Assembly (NCBI GenBank): GCA_938091905.1
Contig: CALKOM010000157.1
Location: 1-37,398, forward strand
Origin: an uncultured Verrucomicrobiales bacterium
GTDB lineage: Bacteria; Verrucomicrobiota; Verrucomicrobiia; Verrucomicrobiales; DEV007
DNA length: 37,398 bases
Direction of reading: 5' to 3'
Below, piece after piece: positions 28,829 through 37,258 of this stretch. The notes under the pieces were generated by a model. That model was given only the letters and a program-made list of their open reading frames with translations. It was not told where the DNA came from and did not search any database. The position numbers were made by a program, and so were the translations under genes. How positions within the stretch are numbered: the stretch's first letter is position 1; every line of letters begins with the position of its first letter.

Positions 28829-29998
28829 ATGCTCAAACCATCTCTCATTTTTCTCGGTCTCCTCTCGTTGGGGGGCTGTCGTGATGCGGCTGAAACCAGC
28901 TTGGTTGCTGAAGAATTGCCAATAGCAACGGCAGAAACCGCCATTGCCGGAGAGTGGAGCCTGTTTCGGGGAGATTCCGCGCTGACGGGAGAGTCATCGG
29001 AGGTGCTACCCGCGCCCCTCACGCTGGCCTGGAAGCTTGAGATGATCGGCCCAATCGTGGCGACGGCGGCTATCGCGAACGAATCCGTGTTTGTGGGGAG
29101 TCAGGATGGCGATTTTCGGGCGATCGACCTTGAATCTGGCAAGGAGAAGTGGATGAAGCAACTTGGGGACACTCTGGAGAGTTCAGCCTGTATCCTTGAT
29201 GGCGTGGTCTATGTTGGTTCCGGAGACGGGGCCTTGTATGCTTTAAATGCGGAAACGGGTGAGGAGATCTGGAAGTATCAAACCGAAGGCGAAATTCTCG
29301 GTGGGGTGAATTTCCTCCGTCATGAAGACAAGACACTCCTTTATGTCGGGAGCTATGATAACTTTCTCCACTGTGTGGATGCGGAAACCGGGAAGGGGCT
29401 GTGGAAGGCTGAGACTGGCAATTACGTTAACGGCACGCCGGCCGTAGCTGAGGGAAAGGTGATGTTTGGCGGCTGTGATGCGATTCTATACATGGTCGAT
29501 GCCGTCACCGGTGAGCCCGGAGGTGAAATCGAGATTGGCTCTTACGTCGCCAACTCAATTGCGGTGAAAGATGGCATTGCTTACTTGGCCCACTACGGGA
29601 ATCAAGCGGAGGCTTATTCGCTCGCCGATAAGAAACAGCTCTGGGTATTCCAAGATCGGAATTTCCCTTATTTCGCGTCGCCCGCGGTGACAGATGACAC
29701 CGTTTATGTAGCCGATCGTGGTAAGCGCCTGTATGCTCTGAATCGGAAAGACGGCACTGAGAAGTGGGCTTTCAAGGCACGTCGTAGTATCGATAGTTCC
29801 CCCGTGATTTCTGGAGAATTGCTCTACGTCGGAAGCGATGACGGGCGTCTCTATGGCATTGCGCTAGAAGACGGCGGGGAGGTCTGGTCCTACGAGATTG
29901 GGGAAGCGATCACGGCAGCCCCGGCGATTGCGAGTGAGCATCTTGTGGTCGGCGCTTTAGATGGCTTTGTCTATGCATTCAAGGCGGCCAAACCCTAA
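28829..29998 (+). CDS. PQQ-binding-like (BamB-type) beta-propeller lipoprotein
   Basis: Lipobox MLKPSLIFLGLLSLGG|C, WSLFRGD, and repeated VYVGSxDGxLYAL..G...W blades. Start at 28829 rather than 28550. Confidence 0.88.
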   Translation: MLKPSLIFLGLLSLGGCRDAAETSLVAEELPIATAETAIAGEWSLFRGDSALTGESSEVLPAPLTLAWKLEMIGPIVATAAIANESVFVGSQDGDFRAIDLESGKEKWMKQLGDTLESSACILDGVVYVGSGDGALYALNAETGEEIWKYQTEGEILGGVNFLRHEDKTLLYVGSYDNFLHCVDAETGKGLWKAETGNYVNGTPAVAEGKVMFGGCDAILYMVDAVTGEPGGEIEIGSYVANSIAVKDGIAYLAHYGNQAEAYSLADKKQLWVFQDRNFPYFASPAVTDDTVYVADRGKRLYALNRKDGTEKWAFKARRSIDSSPVISGELLYVGSDDGRLYGIALEDGGEVWSYEIGEAITAAPAIASEHLVVGALDGFVYAFKAAKP

Positions 29999-30024
29999 CG
30001 GACACTCTTGCTTCCAATACGATT

Positions 30025-31374
30025 ATGGTAACAGACGATACTGCAGTTTCTCACCCCTTGGCTAAGCCGGAGGAGCGTGAGCAGACGGAGGTGGGTAACT
30101 ACTTTGTGGCGAACTACCCTCCTTTCTCCTTTTGGAAGCCCGAATACAAATCAGCTGTTGAGGAAGTGCTCGATAAACCTGCTCCTTCTGATGTGCCGCT
30201 GGGCGTCTACTTTCATATTCCTTTCTGCCGCAAGCGGTGTCATTTCTGCTACTTCCGTGTCTACACGGATAAGAACGCGGCGGAGATTCGAGCCTACATC
30301 GATGCCGGTATCCGTGAGTATGAGATCATGGCGGAGAAGGCATATTTGAAAGGGCGCAAACCGCATTTCGTCTACTTTGGAGGCGGGACACCGTCTTACT
30401 TGTCGGTAGATCAGCTTCAGGATCTGACTGATCGAATGAAGGCAATTCAGCCGTGGGACGAGGCTGTAGAAGTCGCTTTCGAGTGCGAGCCGGGTACGTT
30501 AACTGAAAAGAAGCTGGAGAAGATTCGCGAGATCGGGGTAACGCGATTGAGCTTGGGCGTTGAGAACTTTGACGATCACATTCTTGAGCTGAATGGGCGA
30601 GCGCACCGAGGCAAAGAGATCGAGCGCGCGTACCATGCTGCGAAAGCGCTAGATTTCCCCCAAATCAATATCGATCTCATCGCGGGAATGATGGATGAGA
30701 CCGAGGACAACTGGAAGCGGGTGGTCGAAAAAGCCATCAGTCTCGACCCCGAGTGTGTGACCATTTATCAGATGGAAGTGCCATTCAATACGACCATCTA
30801 CAAGCAGATGAAGGAGACTGGCAAGTTGACAGCTCCGGTCGCGGATTGGCAAACGAAGCGGCGTTGGGTTGAGTATGCCTTTGATGAGTTTGAGAAGGCT
30901 GGCTACGGTGTGAGCAGTGCCTACACCGTGGTGAAGAATCCTGATAAAGTGAAATTCGTTTATCGCGATTCGCTTTGGGAAGGTGCTGACTTACTGCCTT
31001 TGGGCGTTGCTTCCTTCGGTATCCTTGGTGATGTGCACTATCAGAATCAGGCAGATGTGGGTCCATACATGACGGCCTTAGACAATGGGGAGAGTCCGAT
31101 CTTTCGTGCCTACCATACAAACGGTGAGGAGCGATTGGTTCGCGAGTTTATTCTCAGGTTGAAGTTAGGTCGAGTGAAGCCGTCTTACTATGAAAAGAAG
31201 TATGGTGTCAATGTGCTAGAGAGATTCGCCCAGCCGCTGGGCTATCTAAAGTCGGAAGGATTCATCACGCTTGAAGACGATGGCATCGTTTTGAGCCGAG
31301 ACGGTTTACTTCAGGTGGATCGTCTTCTCCACGACTTCTTTTTACCCCAACACCGTGATGCCCGTTACACCTAA
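30025..31374 (+). CDS. HemN-like radical SAM enzyme (class C methyltransferase/coproporphyrinogen III oxidase family)
   Basis: YFHIPFCRKRCHFCYF (CxxxCxxC), YFGGGTPS, RLSLGVENF, NIDLIAG and a HemN C-terminal domain. Confidence 0.9.
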   Translation: MVTDDTAVSHPLAKPEEREQTEVGNYFVANYPPFSFWKPEYKSAVEEVLDKPAPSDVPLGVYFHIPFCRKRCHFCYFRVYTDKNAAEIRAYIDAGIREYEIMAEKAYLKGRKPHFVYFGGGTPSYLSVDQLQDLTDRMKAIQPWDEAVEVAFECEPGTLTEKKLEKIREIGVTRLSLGVENFDDHILELNGRAHRGKEIERAYHAAKALDFPQINIDLIAGMMDETEDNWKRVVEKAISLDPECVTIYQMEVPFNTTIYKQMKETGKLTAPVADWQTKRRWVEYAFDEFEKAGYGVSSAYTVVKNPDKVKFVYRDSLWEGADLLPLGVASFGILGDVHYQNQADVGPYMTALDNGESPIFRAYHTNGEERLVREFILRLKLGRVKPSYYEKKYGVNVLERFAQPLGYLKSEGFITLEDDGIVLSRDGLLQVDRLLHDFFLPQHRDARYT

Positions 31375-31930
31375 GGGGCTGAGGGAGGTGTCTCTGGCGC
31401 CTCTTACAAGCTTTTATAACCGGGCGGGACGGTTGTTTCCCGAAGTGAGCTTTATTCATGGCGAGGCGATGCCGCAGCCTTACCGTCATCTCTTGGTGCA
31501 TCATTTGGACATGACGCCCCAGCTCCAGGCTTTTCATGAGTGTGAGATCACTTTGGAGGTTCTCGCATTGGATATTGAAGATGCTGAACTGACGCGGGAA
31601 GTGCTGCTTCGCGGGGCGGGGGACTCGGCTCCAGTGGAGTTTGGAGCGATCAAGATCTATCTCGACAAGCTTCCAGACGAGATCGCGAAACCCGTTCGGG
31701 CGGCGATTCAGCCTCTGGGGGGAATTCTTGAGTCCGCGAAGTTTGATCATCTGAGTGCGCCTCGAGGTTACTTTCGAGTCGATGCCGACGAATTGATGGC
31801 GAAACTGCTCGGAGTGGAGATTGGCCAGGCCCTTTATGGTCGGTGCAATGTGCTCGCGTTGAAAGACGGCGCGGTCTTTGCGGAGATTGTCGAGATCTTG
31901 CCGCCAATTTCGGATCTGAAGTCCGCTTGA
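31358..31930 (+). CDS. Chorismate pyruvate-lyase (UbiC/DUF98/UTRA)-fold protein
   Basis: LLVH..DMTPQL, REVLL, PVEFG, PLGGIL, YGR and IVEILP follow the chorismate-lyase pattern. Start at 31355, 31358 or 31388. Confidence 0.65.
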   Translation: MPVTPKGLREVSLAPLTSFYNRAGRLFPEVSFIHGEAMPQPYRHLLVHHLDMTPQLQAFHECEITLEVLALDIEDAELTREVLLRGAGDSAPVEFGAIKIYLDKLPDEIAKPVRAAIQPLGGILESAKFDHLSAPRGYFRVDADELMAKLLGVEIGQALYGRCNVLALKDGAVFAEIVEILPPISDLKSA

Positions 31931-31952
31931 GCGACGTAAAGAATTAAAGACC

Positions 31953-33239
31953 ATGATCCAAGCCAACCATTATGATGTAATTGTCGTCGGCGGAGGCCCC
32001 GCAGGATCCACGACGTCTGCGCTTCTTGCTGAGCAGGGTCATCGTGTTCTCCTCTTAGAGAAGGAGCGGTTCCCTCGTTACCACGTGGGTGAATCGCTCA
32101 TGCCTTACTGCTACTTTCCGCTGGAGAGGCTGGGAGTGATTGACCAGATGGGAAAGTTGGGCTTCACAGAGAAACTTAGTGTGCAATTCGTGACGCCTGA
32201 CGGGAAGCAGTCCCAGCCATTCTATTTCTTCGAACACCATGATCATCCATCGTCAACGACGTGGCAGGTGAACCGCGATGAATTCGATATGATGATGCTG
32301 GAGAATGCTCAGACTAAGGGGGTTCAGGTGCATCAGGAAACCAAAGTGAGATCCTTGTTAAAGGATGGTGATGGTATCGTCTCGGGCGTTCTCGCGGAGC
32401 ATCAGGGTGGACAATCAGTCGAATATTATGCGCCCATCACTGTCGATGCCACTGGGCGGGACAGCCTCACCGTTACGAAAGAGCGTTGGCGCGAGCGCGA
32501 CCCCAAGCTTAACAAAGTCGCCCTCTGGACGTATTATCGTGGAGCTAAACGCGATCCTGGTTTGCAGGCCGGTTCCACGACTGTCGCTTATATCCCGGAG
32601 CGCGGATGGTTCTGGTACATTCCGTTGAAGGATGATATTGTCAGTCTAGGGGTTGTTGGTGAACGCGATTATCTCTTCAGAGAGAGTAGTGATCCTAAAA
32701 CTATAATCGATCGTGAGATTGAGGAGAATGTTTGGATCAAAGATCACCTCAGTGTCGGTGAGCAATTTGGGGAGTATTGGGTCACGGGTGAGTATTCGTA
32801 TCGTTCTCGTTACTGTGGTACTGACGGACTTGTTTTGGTAGGGGACGCTTTTGCTTTCCTTGATCCTGTTTTCTCATCTGGTGTTTTCTTTGCGCTCAAG
32901 AGTGGGGCTATGGCCGCTGATACCATCCACGCTGCTCTGGAAAGTGGCGAGCATTCTGCTAAATCCTTCGAACGTTATGGGAGGAAGATGTGCGAAGGTG
33001 TCGAACTGATGCGCAAGATTGTGTATGCTTTCTATGATGAAACATTCAGCTTCGGCGATTTGATTCGGAACTACCCCGAGCTACGTCCTGACCTCACAGA
33101 TTGCCTGATCGGCAATCTTGAGAAGAGTGATTTCAAAAAGCTGGTAAGGGCAATGGGCGAATTTGCTAGTTTACCAGCGGAGCTCGATCACGGTCGGCAG
33201 GGTCTTCGGCCACCTGCAGTGACCTTACCGACTGCTTGA
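31953..33239 (+). CDS. Flavin-dependent halogenase-like FAD oxidoreductase
   Basis: GGGPAG, EKERFPRYHVGESL, GFTEK (candidate catalytic Lys), GWFWYIP (WxWxIP) and GDAFAFLDPVFSSGV. Confidence 0.8.
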   Translation: MIQANHYDVIVVGGGPAGSTTSALLAEQGHRVLLLEKERFPRYHVGESLMPYCYFPLERLGVIDQMGKLGFTEKLSVQFVTPDGKQSQPFYFFEHHDHPSSTTWQVNRDEFDMMMLENAQTKGVQVHQETKVRSLLKDGDGIVSGVLAEHQGGQSVEYYAPITVDATGRDSLTVTKERWRERDPKLNKVALWTYYRGAKRDPGLQAGSTTVAYIPERGWFWYIPLKDDIVSLGVVGERDYLFRESSDPKTIIDREIEENVWIKDHLSVGEQFGEYWVTGEYSYRSRYCGTDGLVLVGDAFAFLDPVFSSGVFFALKSGAMAADTIHAALESGEHSAKSFERYGRKMCEGVELMRKIVYAFYDETFSFGDLIRNYPELRPDLTDCLIGNLEKSDFKKLVRAMGEFASLPAELDHGRQGLRPPAVTLPTA

Positions 33240-33662
33240 GGGAAAGGCCTCTTGCACGAAGATCTCAAGCTCTTTGGTAACCATCTCTTCAGTGATGACT
33301 ACTGCCGAAAAGGAGTCCTTGTGTTTTAGGCCTCCCACGACCTTAGTATAGACGACACTCTTGTTTCGAGGATTGCCGTCGAACGATAAGGTTGAAGCTG
33401 GGATACTTTTGCCAGCGGTGAGCGTGCAGGCCGCTGTAAATCGAAAGTGATGACGGTGCGATTCCAGCATCCTTGACTCCACTTCCATAGAAACATCAAA
33501 GCCTACTTCCCCAATCTGTCTCTCGGCCTCCTCGAAACTTGGCCTCACCATGTTATTGATGACGCGGTCAATAACATGGCAAGCTTCCTCCATTTGCTGG
33601 GCGGCCTGCTCTTGAACTGAGACTGCATCGCGATGGGCATGAAGAATGTTTCTCAAATTCAT
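33225..33662 (-). CDS. Hypothetical protein
   Basis: 145-aa ORF with an N-terminal helix and an alpha/beta C-terminal part; fills the gap; no recognisable motif. Confidence 0.65.
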   Translation of the reverse strand: MNLRNILHAHRDAVSVQEQAAQQMEEACHVIDRVINNMVRPSFEEAERQIGEVGFDVSMEVESRMLESHRHHFRFTAACTLTAGKSIPASTLSFDGNPRNKSVVYTKVVGGLKHKDSFSAVVITEEMVTKELEIFVQEAFPSSSR

Positions 33663-33866
33663 AGTGGGAGTGTAATTTCAATTGATGATTCGTCATCTTC
33701 AAACCGATTTGTGGCCTCATTACATGGGTGTTTCTCGTTACGGAAAGGCACCGTTTGGCTTGCGCAGTGAGACTCTGTCGCTATTGAAATAGACACATTT
33801 GAGAATCCCGATGTTTATGTTCCTCGTGCGCCTTGAGCCTTCCCCTCTATTCCTCAAGCATTTGTC

Positions 33867-35159
33867 ATGAGGATCATTCATCTCACGCCTGGTACTGGAA
33901 ATTTCCATTGCGGAAGCTGTCTCCGTGACCATGCCCTAGTTAGGGCGCTTGGGAAGCTTGGCCACGAGATGACTTTGGTCCCCCTTTACCTGCCGATGGT
34001 GACGGACGACGAAAAGGAGGATACTAAGGTCCCTCTCTTCCTTGGAGGGATCAACATGTATCTTCAGCAGAAGTTCCGCCTGTTTCGGTGGACTCCAAAG
34101 TGGTTGGATCGCTTCTTCGATCGCGAGTCTCTCTTGATGGGGCTCATTGAGAAAGCGGGCATGACTCGGGCGCGAGATTTAGGTGAAATGACGGTCTCCA
34201 GTTTTAAGGGCTCGCATGGCGAGCAGCGCAAGGAGGTCAACAAGCTCATCACTTGGCTGAAGAAGCAGCCCAAGCCGGACCTCATCTCATTTTCTAATGG
34301 ATTGCTTTCCGGGGTCGCTCGTTCCGTGCACGAAGAACTCAAGGTTCCTGTGGTGTGTTCTCTTCAAGGTGAAGATTCCTTTATTGATACCTTACCAGAG
34401 CCTTATCGTAGGCAGAGTTGGGAGTTGTTTCGTGATAATAGCGCCTTCATCGCACGCTACATTGCGGTGAGTAATTACTATGCAGACGTGATGCGGAAAC
34501 ATCTAGAATTGACAGATAAGAAAGTGTTGTCTGTGCACAACGGGATAGATTTCACACCGTTTCATGCAGATCAAAGCAAGCGTCTAGATCCTCCGGTTAT
34601 TGGTTATCTTGCTAGAATGTGCATGGGCAAAGGACTGCATACCTTGGTTGATGCGTTTATTGATTTGCGTCAGCGTGATACCGTCCATTGTAAGCTGCAC
34701 TTGGCTGGCGCCAAGACGGTCGCAGACGATGAGTTCATTGCGCAGCAGAAGCAGAAGCTTGATTCTGCGGGTTTGTTAGATGATGTGGAGTTCTCGCCGA
34801 ACTTATCAACCAATAAGAAAGTGGAGTTTCTCCAGAGCCTCAGTGTCTTCTCTGTGCCTGCGCTGTATGGCGAGTCTTTCGGCCTCTATTTGATCGAGGC
34901 GCTAGCCTGTGACGTGCCTGTGGTGCAGCCAAATCATGCCGCTTTCCCGGAGATCCTCGAGCGGACAGGTGGTGGGCTACTCTATGATCCTGAAGACCCC
35001 ACGAATTTAGCAGATTCTTTAGAAGTCATGCTTTCTCTGGAGGAAAGACGCCGGAAACTGGGCTTCGAAGGCGGTCAGGGTGCTCGGAAGTACTTCACGG
35101 CAGACAGAATGGCGGCAGAGATTTCCGAAATCTTTGAGACGGTGGCGAAGACAGCCTAA
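33867..35159 (+). CDS. Glycosyltransferase family 4 (GT-B)
   Basis: VHNGID, GYLAR..GKG and ESFGLYLIEALA (E-x7-E). N-terminal FHCGSCLRD. Confidence 0.9.
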   Translation: MRIIHLTPGTGNFHCGSCLRDHALVRALGKLGHEMTLVPLYLPMVTDDEKEDTKVPLFLGGINMYLQQKFRLFRWTPKWLDRFFDRESLLMGLIEKAGMTRARDLGEMTVSSFKGSHGEQRKEVNKLITWLKKQPKPDLISFSNGLLSGVARSVHEELKVPVVCSLQGEDSFIDTLPEPYRRQSWELFRDNSAFIARYIAVSNYYADVMRKHLELTDKKVLSVHNGIDFTPFHADQSKRLDPPVIGYLARMCMGKGLHTLVDAFIDLRQRDTVHCKLHLAGAKTVADDEFIAQQKQKLDSAGLLDDVEFSPNLSTNKKVEFLQSLSVFSVPALYGESFGLYLIEALACDVPVVQPNHAAFPEILERTGGGLLYDPEDPTNLADSLEVMLSLEERRRKLGFEGGQGARKYFTADRMAAEISEIFETVAKTA

Positions 35160-35166
35160 TGCGATC

Positions 35167-35613
35167 ATGACACCGGCTTTCACCCATTCGATGCGTGTTC
35201 CCTTTGCGGACACGGACTTGGCTGGCATTGTTCACTTCGCCAATTTCTTTCGCTACATGGAGAATGCCGAGCACGCCTTCTTTCGTTCACTAGGCTATTC
35301 GATTCATCCCAGTGGGTCTGGCGCGACTGGATTGGCGGCGTATGAGGGCTACGGATGGCCGCGCGTTTCTGCGACTTGCGAGTACAAGAAGCCGCTTCGC
35401 TTTGAGCAGGAAGTCTGCGTGGAAGTTCATGTGCTTGATCGCCAGGCCAAGACGATCGACTACGGGTTTCATTTCCTCGTGGAGCCGCATGACGGGCCGG
35501 TTGCTGTCGGAAAGATGACTGTCATCTGCGTGCGATTCGATGAAGAAGCCAAACGTATGAGGGCCGTGGACATGCCGGAGGCTATCCGTTCAAAGTTAGA
35601 TTCCGTTTCGTAG
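35167..35613 (+). CDS. Hotdog-fold acyl-CoA thioesterase (4HBT/YbgC family)
   Basis: RVPFADTDLAGIVHFANFFRYME and CEYKKPLRF. Start at 35167, 7 bp after the GT4 stop. Confidence 0.9.
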   Translation: MTPAFTHSMRVPFADTDLAGIVHFANFFRYMENAEHAFFRSLGYSIHPSGSGATGLAAYEGYGWPRVSATCEYKKPLRFEQEVCVEVHVLDRQAKTIDYGFHFLVEPHDGPVAVGKMTVICVRFDEEAKRMRAVDMPEAIRSKLDSVS

Positions 35614-35652
35614 GTTGATTGACGTGGTCGCGGATGCCGATAGGGTGGGACC

Positions 35653-36189
35653 ATGAATTGGCTCTCCTTTGCGCTTATGACGGTCCTATCATGGGGCGTT
35701 TACGGTATTTTTCTCCACTCTGGAGCAGTGGGCATGGCTTCGGGTGGCGACCCTAGCATAGGCAGGATCAAGGCTTTCTTGTTAGTTGGTGTGGCCTACT
35801 TTCTAGTCGCTATTCTCGGTCCAATCATCATTCTAATCGCGAAAGGAGCTGATTGGAGTTTCCCCATGAGGGGGAGTGCATGGAGTCTTGTCGCCGGTAT
35901 TGTTGGCGCGCTGGGCGCGCTATTCGTTTTGCTTGCTTTTGGAGCCAAGGGAACGCCCGCGGCCGTCATGGCCATTGTCTTTGCTGGAGCACCTATCGTG
36001 AATGGCCTCGTTGCCATCTCCATGGCCAATCTCTGGAAGGATTTGAGTTGGCAGTTTGTGCTAGGGCTGGTCTTGGCCCTGATAGGCGGATGTCTCGTGA
36101 CGTTCTACAAGCCCAATCCGCACAAGAAGCCGAGTGCGCTTCCCGCTGCTGCCATGACTTTGGATATGTCGAAATACAAGGTCAGCTAG
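35653..36189 (+). CDS. Small ~5-TM membrane protein, EamA/DMT-like half transporter
   Basis: Five hydrophobic segments; SWGVYG and VFAGAPIVN pattern. Confidence 0.7.
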   Translation: MNWLSFALMTVLSWGVYGIFLHSGAVGMASGGDPSIGRIKAFLLVGVAYFLVAILGPIIILIAKGADWSFPMRGSAWSLVAGIVGALGALFVLLAFGAKGTPAAVMAIVFAGAPIVNGLVAISMANLWKDLSWQFVLGLVLALIGGCLVTFYKPNPHKKPSALPAAAMTLDMSKYKVS

Positions 36190-36205
36190 CGGAGTCTTCT
36201 TATTT

Positions 36206-37258
36206 CTACTTCGTTTGTTCAGCGAAATCTAAATCCGTTTCTGTAAGGATTTTAAGGATGCGATTCCGCTTCTTTTCTTTTAAATAACTGTAGGTTTCAG
36301 TGTCCGATTGGCCAGTGAGAATAGCATGGAGTTTGGAGTAGAAGACTTCTTTGAAAATTTCGGGCAGAGCCTCGAAAGACTTCGAGTAGATCATGTAGCT
36401 GACACGATGTTTGAACAAGCGTGAGAGCAATTCGAAGTCTTTGAGTGACCGGTGATCTATACACTCTTGAGAGTTCAATTGAAAGGTGTCTTGGAATACC
36501 TCGTCACCTTCGACGCCCCAGCCGTCGAGTTCAATTTCATCTTGGAACAGCATCACTTTTAGTAGGCGATCTGCTTGGTTTCTAATCATTCGTTTCGTCG
36601 GCTCACGAATGGTTCCAGAGGACGATGGCGATTCACGGGTCATGATCCGATCATAGTGAAGCCATCGCCGCACATTGTAAGAGGACTGGGTAATGATGTT
36701 GTGTACGGTGATCTGGTGCTCCATGACCATCAGCGCGACGATGTCACTTTTGTCTGAAAGGTAAGGTTGAGTGTCGATGACCTGATCCAGGCTTTTTAAG
36801 ATACCGTGGTCCTTAACAATCGCGGCCGAATTGGGCTCACGTTTTTCGTAGAGTAGGTTTCCCATGTGGCGCGTTCCCGCATTCTCACCAGTAACGTACC
36901 ACCCTCCCCACCGTTTCGCGATTGGGCTAGCGTGATCAGTCTGTGATGTGCCTGCCGCCAGAATGGGAAAACCCTCGCTCGTGGGTTTGACTGATCTGAC
37001 TAACATGCCTGGAATTCCTTCTGTGCGAGAACCTCCGTGGCAGTTCATGCACTCCATGGGACGAATCAGTATTGGCTTATGTTCCGGACGTGTTGGTATC
37101 TCTAGGACATAGAAGATGGGGCCCAGATTGGGATCTATGGAAATGACCTCGATATCCCCGCCTTGCACCCAACCGATGTAGTAGTCTTCCGAAAAGTAGA
37201 GTGCTCTTGGTCTTGAAGGCAGAATGCGGCTATTCTGAAAGCTCGTCTTGGAGTAGAC
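36206..37258 (-). pseudogene. IS-truncated PVC-type CxxCH protein gene (5' part missing)
   Basis: Family-like sequence starts abruptly at VYSKTSFQ..PRALYF..YIGWVQGG, exactly at the IS boundary. It contains CMNCH, RWGGWYVTG and SDIVALMVMEHQ. The first 35 aa of ORF 36206..37363 are antisense IS DNA. Confidence 0.8.

Noticed and set aside
28829..29998. Calling the gene bamB or a PQQ dehydrogenase
   Set aside because: Only generic propeller repeats; no bam/der context and too short for a quinoprotein dehydrogenase.
31265..31966. 233-aa minus-strand ORF
   Set aside because: Antisense to the UbiC-fold gene, which fits the operon; no motifs.
33684..33697. GATGA-TTCG-TCATC mini-hairpin
   Set aside because: A 5-bp stem is expected by chance, and there is no U-tract.
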